Counted from the stretch's first letter, positions 7,935-18,402 are shown. The stretch is DNA of 64,000 bases from Ahrensia sp. (GCA_002706335.1 PAKZ01000032.1:97466-161465), one strand, 5' to 3'. Notes: generated by a model not told the origin, from the letters alone. Numbers and translations: made by a program.

Positions 7935-9254
7935 CTAATTCATCGAATTCGGCAACCACAGCGAGATTTGCGGGAAAGCGAGGATCAGGAACATGATCAC
8001 CGCCTCGCAGGCGAGAAACCATCCTATACCCTTGAAAATCGTTTCCAGGGGAATTCGGTCGCCTACGACATTTTTGACGACATAGGCGTTGAACCCGACC
8101 GGCGGTGTCAGGAGCCCGATCTCGATATATTTGACCACGATCACGCCAAGCCAAATCGGATCGAGGCCGAGTGCGTGAAACATCGGCTGAACGATCGGCA
8201 AGGTGAGGAGCAGAACGCCAAGCGGATCGAGGAACATGCCGAGGATCAGATATATGATCGACACGGCGACCAGCATCAGCACCGGATCGACCGCCCAGTC
8301 ACCGACCATCGTGGCCATCATCGCCGGGACGCCGACAAGCGCCAGGAATTTGGTGTACATCACCGCCCCGTAGGCGACGAAGAACAGCTGTGCGGTCGTC
8401 TTGACCGCCTCCATGACACTGGTGCGGATGACCTCGAAAGTCAGGCGCCGCTGGACTGCAGCGATGACGCAGGAGAGAAAAGCTCCCGCCGCGCCGGCCT
8501 CGGTTGGGGTGAAGACGCCGCCATAAAGGCCACCGATCATGCCGATGATCAGAACCAGGAGCGGCCAAACAGGCGCCAGCGAACGCCAGCGCTCGCGCCA
8601 CAATTCATCCTTGTCCATGCCAAGGCCGATTGGAGGCGCGATCTTCGGGTTGAGCTTACACCGGGCGATGATCATCGCGGAATAGACCGCAGCGGTAAGA
8701 ATTCCGGGAAGAACGCCAGCTATAAGAAGCTTGGTGATCGAGACTTCGGCGAACACGCCATAGATCACGAACATGATGGATGGCGGGATCAGCGCGCCGA
8801 GCGTGCCCGAAGAGGCCACGACACCGGCCGCCAGGCTCGGCGCGTAACCGGCCTTCAGCATCTCCGGAATGGCGAGCCGGCCCATGGTCGCCGATGTCGC
8901 GACCGAAGAGCCCGAGGCGGCTGCAAAGCCGGCAGACGCCATATTTGTTGCCACGGCCAGCCCCCCGGGTAGAGACGAAAGCCACAGCCGGGCGGCCTTG
9001 AACAACGCCTCGGATATGCCGGCGCTATGCGCCACTGCACCCATCAGGATGAACATGGGAATTGCCGACAATCCCCAATTGGCGGCCACCTCGAACGGCG
9101 TGTTCTGCATTACCGCGAAAGCGACCCGCTCATTGCGCAGGAACCAGAATCCGAGGAATGCGACAACGCCGAGCGCCACTCCGATCGGCATGCGGATAGC
9201 GATCAGCAAAAGAACCAGCCCCAAGCTGCCGAAGCCGAGAAGTTCTGGACTCAC
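7935..9254 (-). CDS. dctM: TRAP transporter large permease subunit (DctM family)
   Basis: 439-aa polytopic membrane protein. GTG start at 9252-9254 overlaps the small-subunit stop. PQM gene order. Confidence 0.85.
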   Translation of the reverse strand: MSPELLGFGSLGLVLLLIAIRMPIGVALGVVAFLGFWFLRNERVAFAVMQNTPFEVAANWGLSAIPMFILMGAVAHSAGISEALFKAARLWLSSLPGGLAVATNMASAGFAAASGSSVATSATMGRLAIPEMLKAGYAPSLAAGVVASSGTLGALIPPSIMFVIYGVFAEVSITKLLIAGVLPGILTAAVYSAMIIARCKLNPKIAPPIGLGMDKDELWRERWRSLAPVWPLLVLIIGMIGGLYGGVFTPTEAGAAGAFLSCVIAAVQRRLTFEVIRTSVMEAVKTTAQLFFVAYGAVMYTKFLALVGVPAMMATMVGDWAVDPVLMLVAVSIIYLILGMFLDPLGVLLLTLPIVQPMFHALGLDPIWLGVIVVKYIEIGLLTPPVGFNAYVVKNVVGDRIPLETIFKGIGWFLACEAVIMFLILAFPQISLWLPNSMN

Positions 9255-9814
9255 AGCTGCTCCTCCCCCTGATTGATGTGGGTGGAAGAGACACCGCCGT
9301 GACGTTCCACGTCTTCCGGATGAATCTCTCCGGTAATGCCGGTCCTAAAATCACGCAGCATGAGGACGAGAACGTAAACGGCCATGAGACCGAACCCGAT
9401 TGCCACGATCCAGCGCGCCGGCCAGATCTCTACGAAACCGATGCCGGCTTCCTTGGCCTCCCGAATTTCAGTCTTGTCGATCGCGACCTCGATCGCCTTC
9501 CAAGTGAAGACGGAGGTGTAGACCAGCGTGATGATCGCCACGAACGCGTCGAGCAGGGTGCGCGGTCTCATCTTCATCCAGCCCGTGAAGAGCTCGACGA
9601 TGATGTGCCCGCGTTCGCGCGCAATTAGCGCAAGAGGCAGAAACGCCAGCGCGATCATGTTGTAGGCGGAGACGATTTCGACCGTACCCGTCAGAGGATG
9701 GCCGAAAAGCTGTCGCCCGGCCACGTCGATGGTGACGTGGAACATCATGATGATGGTGGCGATACCGGCTATCCAGCCAGCGCCGGTGACGACGGCGTCG
9801 AGGAGACGCTTCAT
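9251..9814 (-). CDS. dctQ: TRAP transporter small permease subunit (DctQ family)
   Basis: Start chosen at the ATG 9812-9814 (MKRLLDAVVTGAGW...). About 187 aa with 4 TM helices, between the dctP-like and dctM-like genes. The upstream 85 codons of the track ORF overlap dctP and were discarded. Confidence 0.8.
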   Translation of the reverse strand: MKRLLDAVVTGAGWIAGIATIIMMFHVTIDVAGRQLFGHPLTGTVEIVSAYNMIALAFLPLALIARERGHIIVELFTGWMKMRPRTLLDAFVAIITLVYTSVFTWKAIEVAIDKTEIREAKEAGIGFVEIWPARWIVAIGFGLMAVYVLVLMLRDFRTGITGEIHPEDVERHGGVSSTHINQGEEQL

Positions 9815-9881
9815 GTTGTTTACTCCCGGAAGAAAAGGGGCGGTTTCCGGCCGCCCCTCTCGTTTCAGATATACCGCCAGC

Positions 9882-11003
9882 TCACAGGCTTTCGGGATCG
9901 ACCTTGGAGTAGACCTCGCGCCACAGCGCCTCGCGGAACTTCTCCCGGTCGTTGCCGATCTCGTCTTTGACGAGTGCCTTCCACTTGTCATAGGCCTTGA
10001 GATAAGCGTCGAGGATGCGCTCCGGATCTTTAACGCCGGCGTTGCGCGCGTTGTCCGCGTTGATTCCATACTGGACTTCGTCGCGCTTTTTCATGATCGC
10101 GGCGAACGCGTCATTCCCCTCGACGAAGGGGATGCCTTTTTCCTTGGCCTTTGCGATCGCCGCATCGTCGGTGGCGATCTGTGCGTCGAAGGTTTCCAAG
10201 GTCACGAGATCGGGCGCGTGATCGATATGCGCCTGGCGTTGCTCCGGAGTCATACTCTCCCAGACATCGCGGTTGACATACATCATGATCGGAGGTCCGC
10301 CCATGCCCATCGGCGACTGGATGACGCTGTCGACAACATCGATATAGCCGAACGAGGTGAGCCAAGCGACAGACCCCAGGACGCAATCCAGCGTTCCGCG
10401 TTCAAGCGCGGACGTCGCGTCCGACGGAGGCATGGATACCGGCGTACCGCCCGCGATCTCGATGATGTTGACACCGCCGCCCGAGCCGCGGATTTTGAGC
10501 CCCTTCAAGTCCTCGACCGTCTTCACTTCGCCCCGGCAAAGGAACATATAGGGGGTCGTTCCATAGCCGATGAAACCGGCTGCATCATTCTTCTTGAACT
10601 CGGCCTGACATTCCGGGCAATCGAGCATGAGAAGTTCGTTCATCGCACCGACGGACGCCAGATAGTCGTCGCCAACGAGCGACTGGCTGAAGACGAGATT
10701 CGTCGCGGGAAGCATGCGTGGCTGATAAGGCGCCATGACGAGCCCGGCATCCATCAGGTTCGATCCAACCGCTTCAGGCGTCGCCGGGCCGTTGGCGAGC
10801 TGCGCACCGCCTACCATCTTCCATTCGATCTCGCCGTTTGTGGCTTCCTTGACCATGTCGAAGTAAGGCACCAAGGCATCGGTATTGGTCTTATTGTTCG
10901 TGCCAAGCCAGGAGCCGTAAATCAGTTCCTTTGCTGACGCCGGTGCGGCGGCCATCGCGCCGGTGGCGGCCAGCGCGCACAACGTCAATAGAAATCGTCT
11001 CAT
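9882..11003 (-). CDS. dctP: TRAP transporter periplasmic solute-binding protein (DctP family)
   Basis: Signal peptide MRRFLLTLCALAATGAMAAAPASA. 373 aa. GGAGGA ribosome-binding site. First gene of the P-Q-M unit. Confidence 0.8.
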   Translation of the reverse strand: MRRFLLTLCALAATGAMAAAPASAKELIYGSWLGTNNKTNTDALVPYFDMVKEATNGEIEWKMVGGAQLANGPATPEAVGSNLMDAGLVMAPYQPRMLPATNLVFSQSLVGDDYLASVGAMNELLMLDCPECQAEFKKNDAAGFIGYGTTPYMFLCRGEVKTVEDLKGLKIRGSGGGVNIIEIAGGTPVSMPPSDATSALERGTLDCVLGSVAWLTSFGYIDVVDSVIQSPMGMGGPPIMMYVNRDVWESMTPEQRQAHIDHAPDLVTLETFDAQIATDDAAIAKAKEKGIPFVEGNDAFAAIMKKRDEVQYGINADNARNAGVKDPERILDAYLKAYDKWKALVKDEIGNDREKFREALWREVYSKVDPESL

Positions 11004-11346
11004 GTAGTATTCCTCCGATGATTGATTTTTCCGTCCGGTCGATCCGGATTCTCAACGTGGATTGTATTGATCGTGCTTGAGAGTGCGCACGACAGCACTT
11101 TCAGCGATGTCCGGTCGGTGCGGTACACCGCTCATGATTCGTGACGCACCCAGAGCCCGCCCGGCTTTCTGCGTCGTTTGCTATCCGTCGATCGATGTCG
11201 CTGGGTGTCATTCCACTCCTCCCGGCCGAAACTTAGCCAAAAGCGTATCGTGGAGTAATGATATAATTCGCGCTTTGATCTTTCGCGTTTCGAGAAAGAA
11301 GGCGCAGACGCGCGGACCAACGCATCCATGGCTCGATTGGCGTTTT

Positions 11347-12537
11347 TTAGTCGCCGCCTTGCAGGTTCTCCGGCGCGAAAACGTTGCCAAATGGCGAAGC
11401 GGGCGCCTCTTCCTGTTCCGGTTGGCCCGGAGCCAGATTGCCGGGCGAAAAGACCCCTCCGCCTGTGTTGGCCGGTGGAGACGCCTGCTCAGCGGGTTCG
11501 CTCGCGGTAGCTGGCGTCCGATTGCGCTGCTGTTCGAGCTGTTCCTGTTGATACGCGCGCTTCATCTGTTCGACATTGGCTTCGCACACGCTGGAATCGT
11601 GTGTACCGACCCAAGTGACGAAACCGATCATGCAGACGAGCACGAAACCGATGATGACCAGCGGATTGGTTGCAAAACGCGCAACCGGCGGGACACTAGA
11701 GGCAGCCGCCGCCCTCGCCTCTTTTTGCGTGCGCAGGCGATTGTAGTTCTCGAAGATGATCGCGCCGACCAGCGTGATACCCACTATGATCACCGCCACC
11801 GCCGAAATCGAAGGATCGAGACCGTAGCGCACCTTCTGCGCCAGCACGGTCGTAAACGTGCTCTCGGCGACGATGGTAAAGACGGTCGTGTTGTAATTCT
11901 CCATCGACGCAAGAAAGGCGAGCACCGAAGCCGACAGGATGGCGGGCGTCATAAAAGGCAGCAGGACCTTGACGAAGGCCTGCGTCTGGCTTGCGCCCAT
12001 GTCGAGCGCGGCCTCGGTCAGCGTCGGGTCGAAACGCTGCAGGCGCGACAGAAAGACCAGCATCGAATAGGCCGAAATGAAAGTGACCTGGCCGGCTATC
12101 GTCAGGAACATGCCGCTATAGAAAAAGGAATCGTAGTCCGCGCCGAAGAAAGTGCCGAGACGATCCCAGAAAATCAGCGTCGAAAGGCCGATAACGACGC
12201 CGGGCATCAGGATCGGAGCGATGAAAACCGCATATATCACCGAGCGCAAATGCGGACCGACCTGGCTGAGCACGATCGCTGCGGCGAGGCCGACAGGAAC
12301 GGCCACCAGAACAACCCCGATGCCGATGACAAAGGAATTGCCGAGCCCTGCAATCAGTGTCTCGTCCTCGAACAACTTGAAGAACCAGTCCGAAGTCAGG
12401 CACTCCCAGGGAGAAATGCGCGGAAAGCTCGACGAATTGAAGGCCGTAACAATCATCACCGCCAGCGGGCCGAAAAGATATAGAAAGAACAGGAGGAGAT
12501 AGAGGCCGCCCGTCGGAAAGGCCTTCAGATTGCTCAT
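11347..12537 (-). CDS. ABC transporter permease (PotC/PotI-like) with a 128-aa C-terminal extension
   Basis: The ATG at 12535-12537 overlaps the upstream permease stop (ATGA). EAA-type loop LTEAALDMGASQTQAF. The extension holds an extra TM helix plus a Q/E/P-rich tail with repeated VF(S/A)P(G/E)NL. Confidence 0.8.
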   Translation of the reverse strand: MSNLKAFPTGGLYLLLFFLYLFGPLAVMIVTAFNSSSFPRISPWECLTSDWFFKLFEDETLIAGLGNSFVIGIGVVLVAVPVGLAAAIVLSQVGPHLRSVIYAVFIAPILMPGVVIGLSTLIFWDRLGTFFGADYDSFFYSGMFLTIAGQVTFISAYSMLVFLSRLQRFDPTLTEAALDMGASQTQAFVKVLLPFMTPAILSASVLAFLASMENYNTTVFTIVAESTFTTVLAQKVRYGLDPSISAVAVIIVGITLVGAIIFENYNRLRTQKEARAAAASSVPPVARFATNPLVIIGFVLVCMIGFVTWVGTHDSSVCEANVEQMKRAYQQEQLEQQRNRTPATASEPAEQASPPANTGGGVFSPGNLAPGQPEQEEAPASPFGNVFAPENLQGGD

Positions 12538-13475
12538 CGGCCGATCTCCCCGATGGAGACCTTGAAGACGCGCATGATCAGCAGCACGAACATGATGCAG
12601 ATCGCCAGCAGGATCACCGCATAAGCCGAACCGCGTGGCCAGTTGCCGCCCGAATTGAACCATTGATAGATGATCTGGGTGAACCACAGGCTCGATGGCC
12701 CGCCGAGGATCTGCGGCGCGGCAAGCGCGCCCGCGGTCAGCATGAACACCATGGTCGAGCCGGAGGCGATGCCGGGTTTGGCATAGGGAATGACCACGCG
12801 GCGATGCACCTGCGCCCAGCTCGCGCCCATGTCGCGCGCCGCCTCGATCTGGTTGCGGTCGAGGCTCTCGATCGCATTGTAGAGCGGGAAGATCATCAGC
12901 AGGATGTAAGCGTAGGCAAGCCCGGCATAGAGCGCGACATTCCCGCCGATGAAGTCGATCGGGGCATCCCAGAGGCCGAGTTGCATGCCGGCGCCGTTGA
13001 TCACGCCCGTAGCGCCGAACAGGATGCGGAAGGCGAAAGCGCGCAAGATCTCGTTGACCCAGAAGGGCACGATCAGCGCGAGAACGAGCAGCCGTTTGGC
13101 GCTGCCCTCGGAGGACTGCGCCAGCAGATAGGCCACCGGATAGCAGATCGCCAGATCGATGATCGTGACGAAGACGGCCGCGACGAGCGTCTTGAACAGG
13201 ACGGCGATATCAAGCGTGTTGACGCCGCCGCCCGTGATCTCGTTGCCCATCACGAAATAGCGATATTGCTCCAGCGTGTGGACGTCTTCCGGACCGCCGA
13301 TTTTCGGCGGCGGCAAATTATGCCGGAAGGAGAAGTCGAACATGGTGAGCTGGGGCAAAATCACCAGAACGAAAATCCAGGTCGAGACCGCGACGAGAAG
13401 GTAGATCGCAACCGGCAGGCCATTGCGATTGGCAAATCCGGAGAAGAAACGTCCAATCTCGCGCATGGCCGTCAT
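12534..13475 (-). CDS. ABC transporter permease (PotB/PotH-like)
   Basis: Start at MTAMREIGRFF (13473-13475), 2 nt after the ATPase stop. EAA loop QIEAARDMGASWAQV. Six TM helices. Confidence 0.8.
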   Translation of the reverse strand: MTAMREIGRFFSGFANRNGLPVAIYLLVAVSTWIFVLVILPQLTMFDFSFRHNLPPPKIGGPEDVHTLEQYRYFVMGNEITGGGVNTLDIAVLFKTLVAAVFVTIIDLAICYPVAYLLAQSSEGSAKRLLVLALIVPFWVNEILRAFAFRILFGATGVINGAGMQLGLWDAPIDFIGGNVALYAGLAYAYILLMIFPLYNAIESLDRNQIEAARDMGASWAQVHRRVVIPYAKPGIASGSTMVFMLTAGALAAPQILGGPSSLWFTQIIYQWFNSGGNWPRGSAYAVILLAICIMFVLLIMRVFKVSIGEIGR

Positions 13476-13477
13476 CC

Positions 13478-14572
13478 CTATGCGCTGGCCAGATGGCCGA
13501 TGGGGAGCGGGACCGCCAGTTCGGGCGCGAAGGACATCGCGACCGATGCCCCGGTTCCCGAAGCACCGTTTCCGTAGCCGACCTGGGTGACGCGCAACTC
13601 GGTCTCGCCGGATTTGACGATCAGATGGCGGACCTGCCCTTCGAACTCCTCGCGAATGACGGTCGCATTGAAGCGGTTGATATCCCCGTCCCCATTGATC
13701 GCAACGCTTTCCGGACGGACGAAGACATGGCACGCCTCGCCGACTTTCAGTTTTCGGCCGCGTCCCTTGCCGGCCGCCACGGTGACAGGCGCCGCGAGGC
13801 CGATATCGATCACCATGCGGCCATCGCCGCTTTCCAGAACTTTGCCCGGCAACGCATTGTTTTCACCAACGAAACTGGCGACGAAGCTGGAGGCCGGCTG
13901 ATCGTAGACGGTGCGCGGATCGGCGACTTGTTCAACCTTGCCACGGCTCATTACCGCGACCCTGTCGGACATGGTCAGTGCCTCGCCCTGGTCGTGGGTG
14001 ATGTAAATGAATGTGAGGCCGACCTGCTGCTGGATCGCGCGTAGCTCACGGCGCATGTGCTGGCGCAGTTTCAAGTCGAGTGCCGACAGCGGCTCGTCGA
14101 GCAGCAGGATGTCGGGTTCCACGGCGAGCGCGCGCGCGATCGCGACGCGCTGCTTCTGACCGCCGGACAATTCGCCAACCTTCTTGTCGCCCTGCCCTGG
14201 CAACGCGATCAGTTCGAGCAGCTCGTCGGCGCGTTTGCGCCGTGCCTTGCGGTCGATGCCGCGCACCTCAAGCGGAAAGGCGATGTTGTCGGCAACAGAC
14301 ATCAGCGGAAACAGTGCAAGGTTCTGGAAGATCAGGGCCGTCGGCCGCTTGTTCGGGCCGACGCCGGCCATGTTCTTTCCGCCAATGCGAACCTCGCCCC
14401 AACTGGGCTCCTGAAAGCCGGAGATGCAGCGCAACAGGGTCGTCTTGCCGCAGCCGGACGGACCGAGAAAGGAGAAGAACTCGCCGCCCGCAATGGTCAG
14501 ATGGGCGTCATCGACAGCAGTGTAGTCTCCGAAGGACACCGAGACATGATCCAGCGTTATGTCTTTCGTCAT
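13478..14572 (-). CDS. ABC transporter ATP-binding protein (PotA/PotG-like)
   Basis: Walker A GPSGCGKTT, signature LSGGQKQR, Walker B ILLLDEPLS. ATG at 14570-14572 with GGAG 5 nt upstream (the track's first codon is TTG). Confidence 0.9.
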   Translation of the reverse strand: MTKDITLDHVSVSFGDYTAVDDAHLTIAGGEFFSFLGPSGCGKTTLLRCISGFQEPSWGEVRIGGKNMAGVGPNKRPTALIFQNLALFPLMSVADNIAFPLEVRGIDRKARRKRADELLELIALPGQGDKKVGELSGGQKQRVAIARALAVEPDILLLDEPLSALDLKLRQHMRRELRAIQQQVGLTFIYITHDQGEALTMSDRVAVMSRGKVEQVADPRTVYDQPASSFVASFVGENNALPGKVLESGDGRMVIDIGLAAPVTVAAGKGRGRKLKVGEACHVFVRPESVAINGDGDINRFNATVIREEFEGQVRHLIVKSGETELRVTQVGYGNGASGTGASVAMSFAPELAVPLPIGHLASA

Positions 14573-14611
14573 CAATACTCCGGACCGTAACGGGCTGTAT
14601 TCGAATGAGAA

Positions 14612-14642
14612 AAGCCCCCGGGCCTTTTGGGACCGGGGGCTT
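14612..14642 (-). terminator. Intercistronic stem-loop between the binding-protein and ATPase genes (attenuator or partial terminator)
   Basis: aagcccccgg-N11-ccgggggctt. On the mRNA strand it is followed by UUCUCAUU. Confidence 0.4.
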
Positions 14643-14649
14643 GCGAGGA

Positions 14650-15792
14650 TCAGGCGCTAAGGAACTTGTTGACGAATTCCGTACGCGCGTCGGCATACCA
14701 TTGCGGTTCAGCCGGCCAGGGATTGAGGTTGGCCAGCGCGTCGCCCGGATAGGCTTCCGCGAAGTTCTTCGCATAGGTCTCGCCGGCGAACTTGTCGGCG
14801 CCGAGGACCGGCGAATTATAGCCGTGATGGTCTATCGCCTCGCCGGCGTATTCCGGCGTATAGGCGTATTTAAGAAACTCGTAGATCGCGTCGATATTCT
14901 CCGCGCCCGTCGGGATCGCCATGCCGTCGACCCAGGCCATCGCGCCTTCGACCGGAGCGGCATACATGACCGGCTCGCCGTCGTTCTTGAGCGCCAGCGG
15001 CGGGCCGTCCCAGGTCTGCCCAACAATGACGCCTTCGTTCAGGAGGCCGTTCTTCTGCGTGTCGGCATCGTTCCAGATCAACTTGACATTGCCCTTGCGC
15101 GCCACGCACCACTCGGTGATCTTGGTCCAGATCGGCTGCATCGCTTCCGGCGATTCATAGGCTTTCCAGACGGAACCCGGCTCCAGATCGCCAATCGTCT
15201 CCATGTAGAGGCCAGCGCCCAGCATCATCGAATGGCCGCGACCCATGGTCTTGCCGGCATTCTCTTCCTTCCAGACGTCGCCATAGCTCGGCAATTCGCC
15301 GCCGGGCGTGAACATGTCCGTGCGCCAGGCGATGCCTTCGGTGCCCCAGATATGCGGCACCCAGTAGATGTCGCCCTCGGTGAACGCCCATTCGGTGGAG
15401 CCGATCTTGGCCATCGCCGGATTGACCATGTCGATATCGACCTTGGACATGTCGAAAGGCTGGAGGATTTCCAGCGGGCCCCACTGCAGCGACCGGTTGT
15501 TGGTCGGCGACACGATATCGAAACCGCGGCCCTTGGTGGCCTTCATCTTGTTGATGATTTCTTCGTTGGAGCCGATGCCGGTGTAGTTCACCTTGATGCC
15601 GGTGCCGTCCTGGAAGGTCTTCAGGAAGGTTTCCGGCAGGTAGTCCGACCACATCAGGATGTTGATTTCGCCCGACGACGCGAGCGCTTTCGAGCTGATA
15701 ACCGCCGGCATCGCCAACGCACCGGCGACAGCCGCGCCGCCTTTCAGCACCTTGCGCCGGCTGTATGCGCCTTTCAGAATTCTCTTCGTCAT
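14650..15792 (-). CDS. ABC transporter periplasmic substrate-binding protein (PotD/PotF polyamine/amine family)
   Basis: Tat/Sec-like leader MTKRILKGAYSRRKVLKGGAAVAGALAMPAV...ALA. 380 aa. First gene of the four-gene ABC unit. Confidence 0.8.
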   Translation of the reverse strand: MTKRILKGAYSRRKVLKGGAAVAGALAMPAVISSKALASSGEINILMWSDYLPETFLKTFQDGTGIKVNYTGIGSNEEIINKMKATKGRGFDIVSPTNNRSLQWGPLEILQPFDMSKVDIDMVNPAMAKIGSTEWAFTEGDIYWVPHIWGTEGIAWRTDMFTPGGELPSYGDVWKEENAGKTMGRGHSMMLGAGLYMETIGDLEPGSVWKAYESPEAMQPIWTKITEWCVARKGNVKLIWNDADTQKNGLLNEGVIVGQTWDGPPLALKNDGEPVMYAAPVEGAMAWVDGMAIPTGAENIDAIYEFLKYAYTPEYAGEAIDHHGYNSPVLGADKFAGETYAKNFAEAYPGDALANLNPWPAEPQWYADARTEFVNKFLSA

Positions 15793-16099
15793 GTGAGTTT
15801 CCCTTTTTGGTTATTTCGGGCCTTTGCCACATCGCAGCGGGACACTGCGCCGAATGCGTATCGCGCCCCGCTCATCCCGCAGTGCACAATTAAACGGCAT
15901 GCCCAAAATTTGGCATAGAGCCAAGCCGGGTTTTTTAGGGTGCCAGTCTGCGCATTCCCCGGGCGGCGTGGCTCCATGGGTCGTTTCCGTTGGCCCTTTC
16001 TGGCCCGGAATTCGGCGCTTATGTCTGTGCCGTTACGACGATTCCCGCGACGGGCTTTCCGCCCTGCGCGGCACAGGAAGTTGAAGGGGAAGACGAACC

Positions 16100-16861
16100 A
16101 TGCCGAAAACCGCACTGATCACGGGAGCGACCTCCGGTTTCGGCGATGCCATCGCACGCCGTTTCGTGAAGGAAGGCTGGAACGTCGTCGTCGCCGGCCG
16201 CCGCGCGGATCGGCTCGACGCACTCGTCAAAGACCTCGGCGGTCCGCAGCGGGCCCATCCGCTTTGCTTCGATATCCGCGACGAAGAGGCAACCCGGGCA
16301 GCGCTTCAAGCGCTACCCGACGCCTTCGGCACGATCGACGCGCTGGTCAACAATGCCGGGCTGGCGCTCGGCACCGGTCCGATCCAGAACTGCGATCTGG
16401 AAGAATGGAAGACGATGATCGACACCAATGTCACCGGTCTCGTGACGATCACGCGTCTCCTCATCGACCAGCTGATCGAAAGCAAGGCGATCATCGTCAA
16501 TCTTGCATCGATCGCGGCAAGCTGGCCCTATCCCGGCGGCAACGTCTATGGCGGCACGAAAGCCTTTGTCCGCCAGTTCTCGCTGGGCCTTCGGTCCGAT
16601 CTCTTCGGAACCGGCGTGCGGGTCACGTCGATCGAGCCCGGCCTGTCGGAAAGCGAGTTCACGCTGGTGCGCACCGGCGGCAACAAAGACGCCTATGACA
16701 AGCTCTATGCCGGCGCCGATCCGCTGCAGCCGGAAGACATTGCCGAGAGCGTCTATTGGGCGGCGTCCCTGCCCCCGCATGTCAACATCAACGCCATCGA
16801 GATCATGCCGGTCAGCCAGTCCTGGGCGCCTTTCCAGGTCCACCGCAAACAGGTCTCGTGA
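16100..16861 (+). CDS. Short-chain dehydrogenase/reductase (YdfG-like NADP-dependent 3-hydroxy-acid / malonic-semialdehyde reductase type)
   Basis: TGATSGFG cofactor motif, NNAG, catalytic S...YxxxK (YGGTK). 253 aa. Confidence 0.8.
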   Translation: MPKTALITGATSGFGDAIARRFVKEGWNVVVAGRRADRLDALVKDLGGPQRAHPLCFDIRDEEATRAALQALPDAFGTIDALVNNAGLALGTGPIQNCDLEEWKTMIDTNVTGLVTITRLLIDQLIESKAIIVNLASIAASWPYPGGNVYGGTKAFVRQFSLGLRSDLFGTGVRVTSIEPGLSESEFTLVRTGGNKDAYDKLYAGADPLQPEDIAESVYWAASLPPHVNINAIEIMPVSQSWAPFQVHRKQVS

Positions 16862-16888
16862 CGGCGCGTGCAGCCGCGCCCCATCACC

Positions 16889-18271
16889 TCAGCCGAAGAC
16901 CTTGGTCAGGGCCTTGCCGATCGAAGCCGTAAGCGCATCGATATCGTCCTCGCCCGCGATCAAAGCGGGGCTCAGGCACAGCGTGTTGTTGAAGCCTGCG
17001 ATCGACCGGTTCGTGGCGCCAATGATCACGCCCTGGGCCATGCAGTCGGCGACAACCGCCTGAACCAACTTCTCGTCCGCCGGATGCTTCGTTCGGCGAT
17101 CGGCGACGAGTTCAACGCCGCAGAAGAGTCCGAGTCCGCGAACATCGCCGATTACAGCATGCCTCTCCTGCACCTCACGAAGATTGCCGAGAAGCCTCTC
17201 GCCCATCGCGGCGGTGTTTTCAAGAAGGTTCTCGTCCTCGATGATACGCATGTTCTCCAGCGCCGCCGCCGGACCGGCGACGCATCCGCCAAAGGTCGAG
17301 ATGTCGCGGAAATAGGACATCGGATCGGATGGGTCGTCCTTGAACATTTCGAAGACCTTCTCGGTCGTCGCCATGCAAGAGATCGCCGCATAGCCTGACG
17401 CCACGCCCTTCGCCATGGTCACGAAATCCGGCTCGATCCCGAAATGCTGGTAGCCGAACCATTTGCCGGTCCGCCCGACGCCGCAGACCACCTCATCGAT
17501 ATGCAAAAGAATATCGTAGCGCCGGCAGATCTCCTGAACGCGTTCCCAATAGCCCTTTGGCGGGGTGATGACGCCGCCGCCCGCAGTAACGGGCTCGAGA
17601 CAGATCGCGCCGATCGTATCCGGGCCTTCGCGCAGGATCACGTCCTCGATCGCGTCGGCGGCACGTTCGCCATAATTGCCGGTGTCGCCAAACTGGCCGC
17701 GATATTCGAGGCAGTGCGGCACTTCCACGAAACCTTCCGGAAGCGGACCGTACTGGTCCCTGCGCTCCGATTGCCCGCCGGCCGCAAGGCAGCCAAGCGT
17801 CGTGCCGTGATAGTCGCGGTCGCGATAAAGGATCTTGTATTTCCGCCCATCGTGATGGCGGTGAGAAATTTGGCGAACCATCTTGAAGACCTTCTCGTTC
17901 GCCTCGGATCCGGAATTGGAATAATAGATGCGGGTCAGCCCCGGCATCTTTTCGATCAGCCGCTCGGCAAACAGAGCGCCGGGAATGGAGCCGGCCGAGT
18001 TCGCGAAATAGTTCAGCTTGACGAGCTGGTCGCGCACTGCATCGGCGATGCTTTCCCGCCCATAGCCGACATTGACCGTCCAGACCCCGCCCGAGACGCC
18101 GTCGAGATATTCGCGCCCCGTCGCATCCCATAGCCGCATGCCCCTGCCCTCTACGAAAATGCGCGGATCCGCGCTTTCGAAAGGCTTGTGCTGGGTCAGA
18201 TGATGCCAGACATGTTCCCGGTCCGCTTCGACGACATGGCCGATGTCGTTCGGATTCTCGACGATGCCCAT
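16889..18271 (-). CDS. Class III (omega) PLP-dependent aminotransferase
   Basis: Start MGIVENPND (18269-18271) with an AAGGAGA ribosome-binding site. Motifs SGSEANE, DEVVCGVGRTG and the PLP lysine in TMAKG. 460 aa. Confidence 0.85.
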   Translation of the reverse strand: MGIVENPNDIGHVVEADREHVWHHLTQHKPFESADPRIFVEGRGMRLWDATGREYLDGVSGGVWTVNVGYGRESIADAVRDQLVKLNYFANSAGSIPGALFAERLIEKMPGLTRIYYSNSGSEANEKVFKMVRQISHRHHDGRKYKILYRDRDYHGTTLGCLAAGGQSERRDQYGPLPEGFVEVPHCLEYRGQFGDTGNYGERAADAIEDVILREGPDTIGAICLEPVTAGGGVITPPKGYWERVQEICRRYDILLHIDEVVCGVGRTGKWFGYQHFGIEPDFVTMAKGVASGYAAISCMATTEKVFEMFKDDPSDPMSYFRDISTFGGCVAGPAAALENMRIIEDENLLENTAAMGERLLGNLREVQERHAVIGDVRGLGLFCGVELVADRRTKHPADEKLVQAVVADCMAQGVIIGATNRSIAGFNNTLCLSPALIAGEDDIDALTASIGKALTKVFG

Positions 18272-18402
18272 GGGCGTTCTCCTTGGCGCGACAATCCCTC
18301 CGACGTAACATATTCGCCTCCTCGTGTGACGGGGCGAGAGCCGCTGGCACCATCGAATGCGGAAACTGGTCCAGTCTCTACCGGGGGGGGAAATTTCGCC
18401 GC

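Noticed and set aside
14080-15918. 612-aa plus-strand ORF
   Set aside because: It is antisense to the ABC ATPase and binding-protein genes, which have unambiguous Walker and signal-peptide motifs. The sequence is Arg-rich and low in complexity.
18340-18360. TGGCAC-N5-AATGC sigma54-like string between the MocR and aminotransferase genes
   Set aside because: It lies on the plus strand while both flanking genes are on the minus strand, and the -12 element deviates from TTGC.
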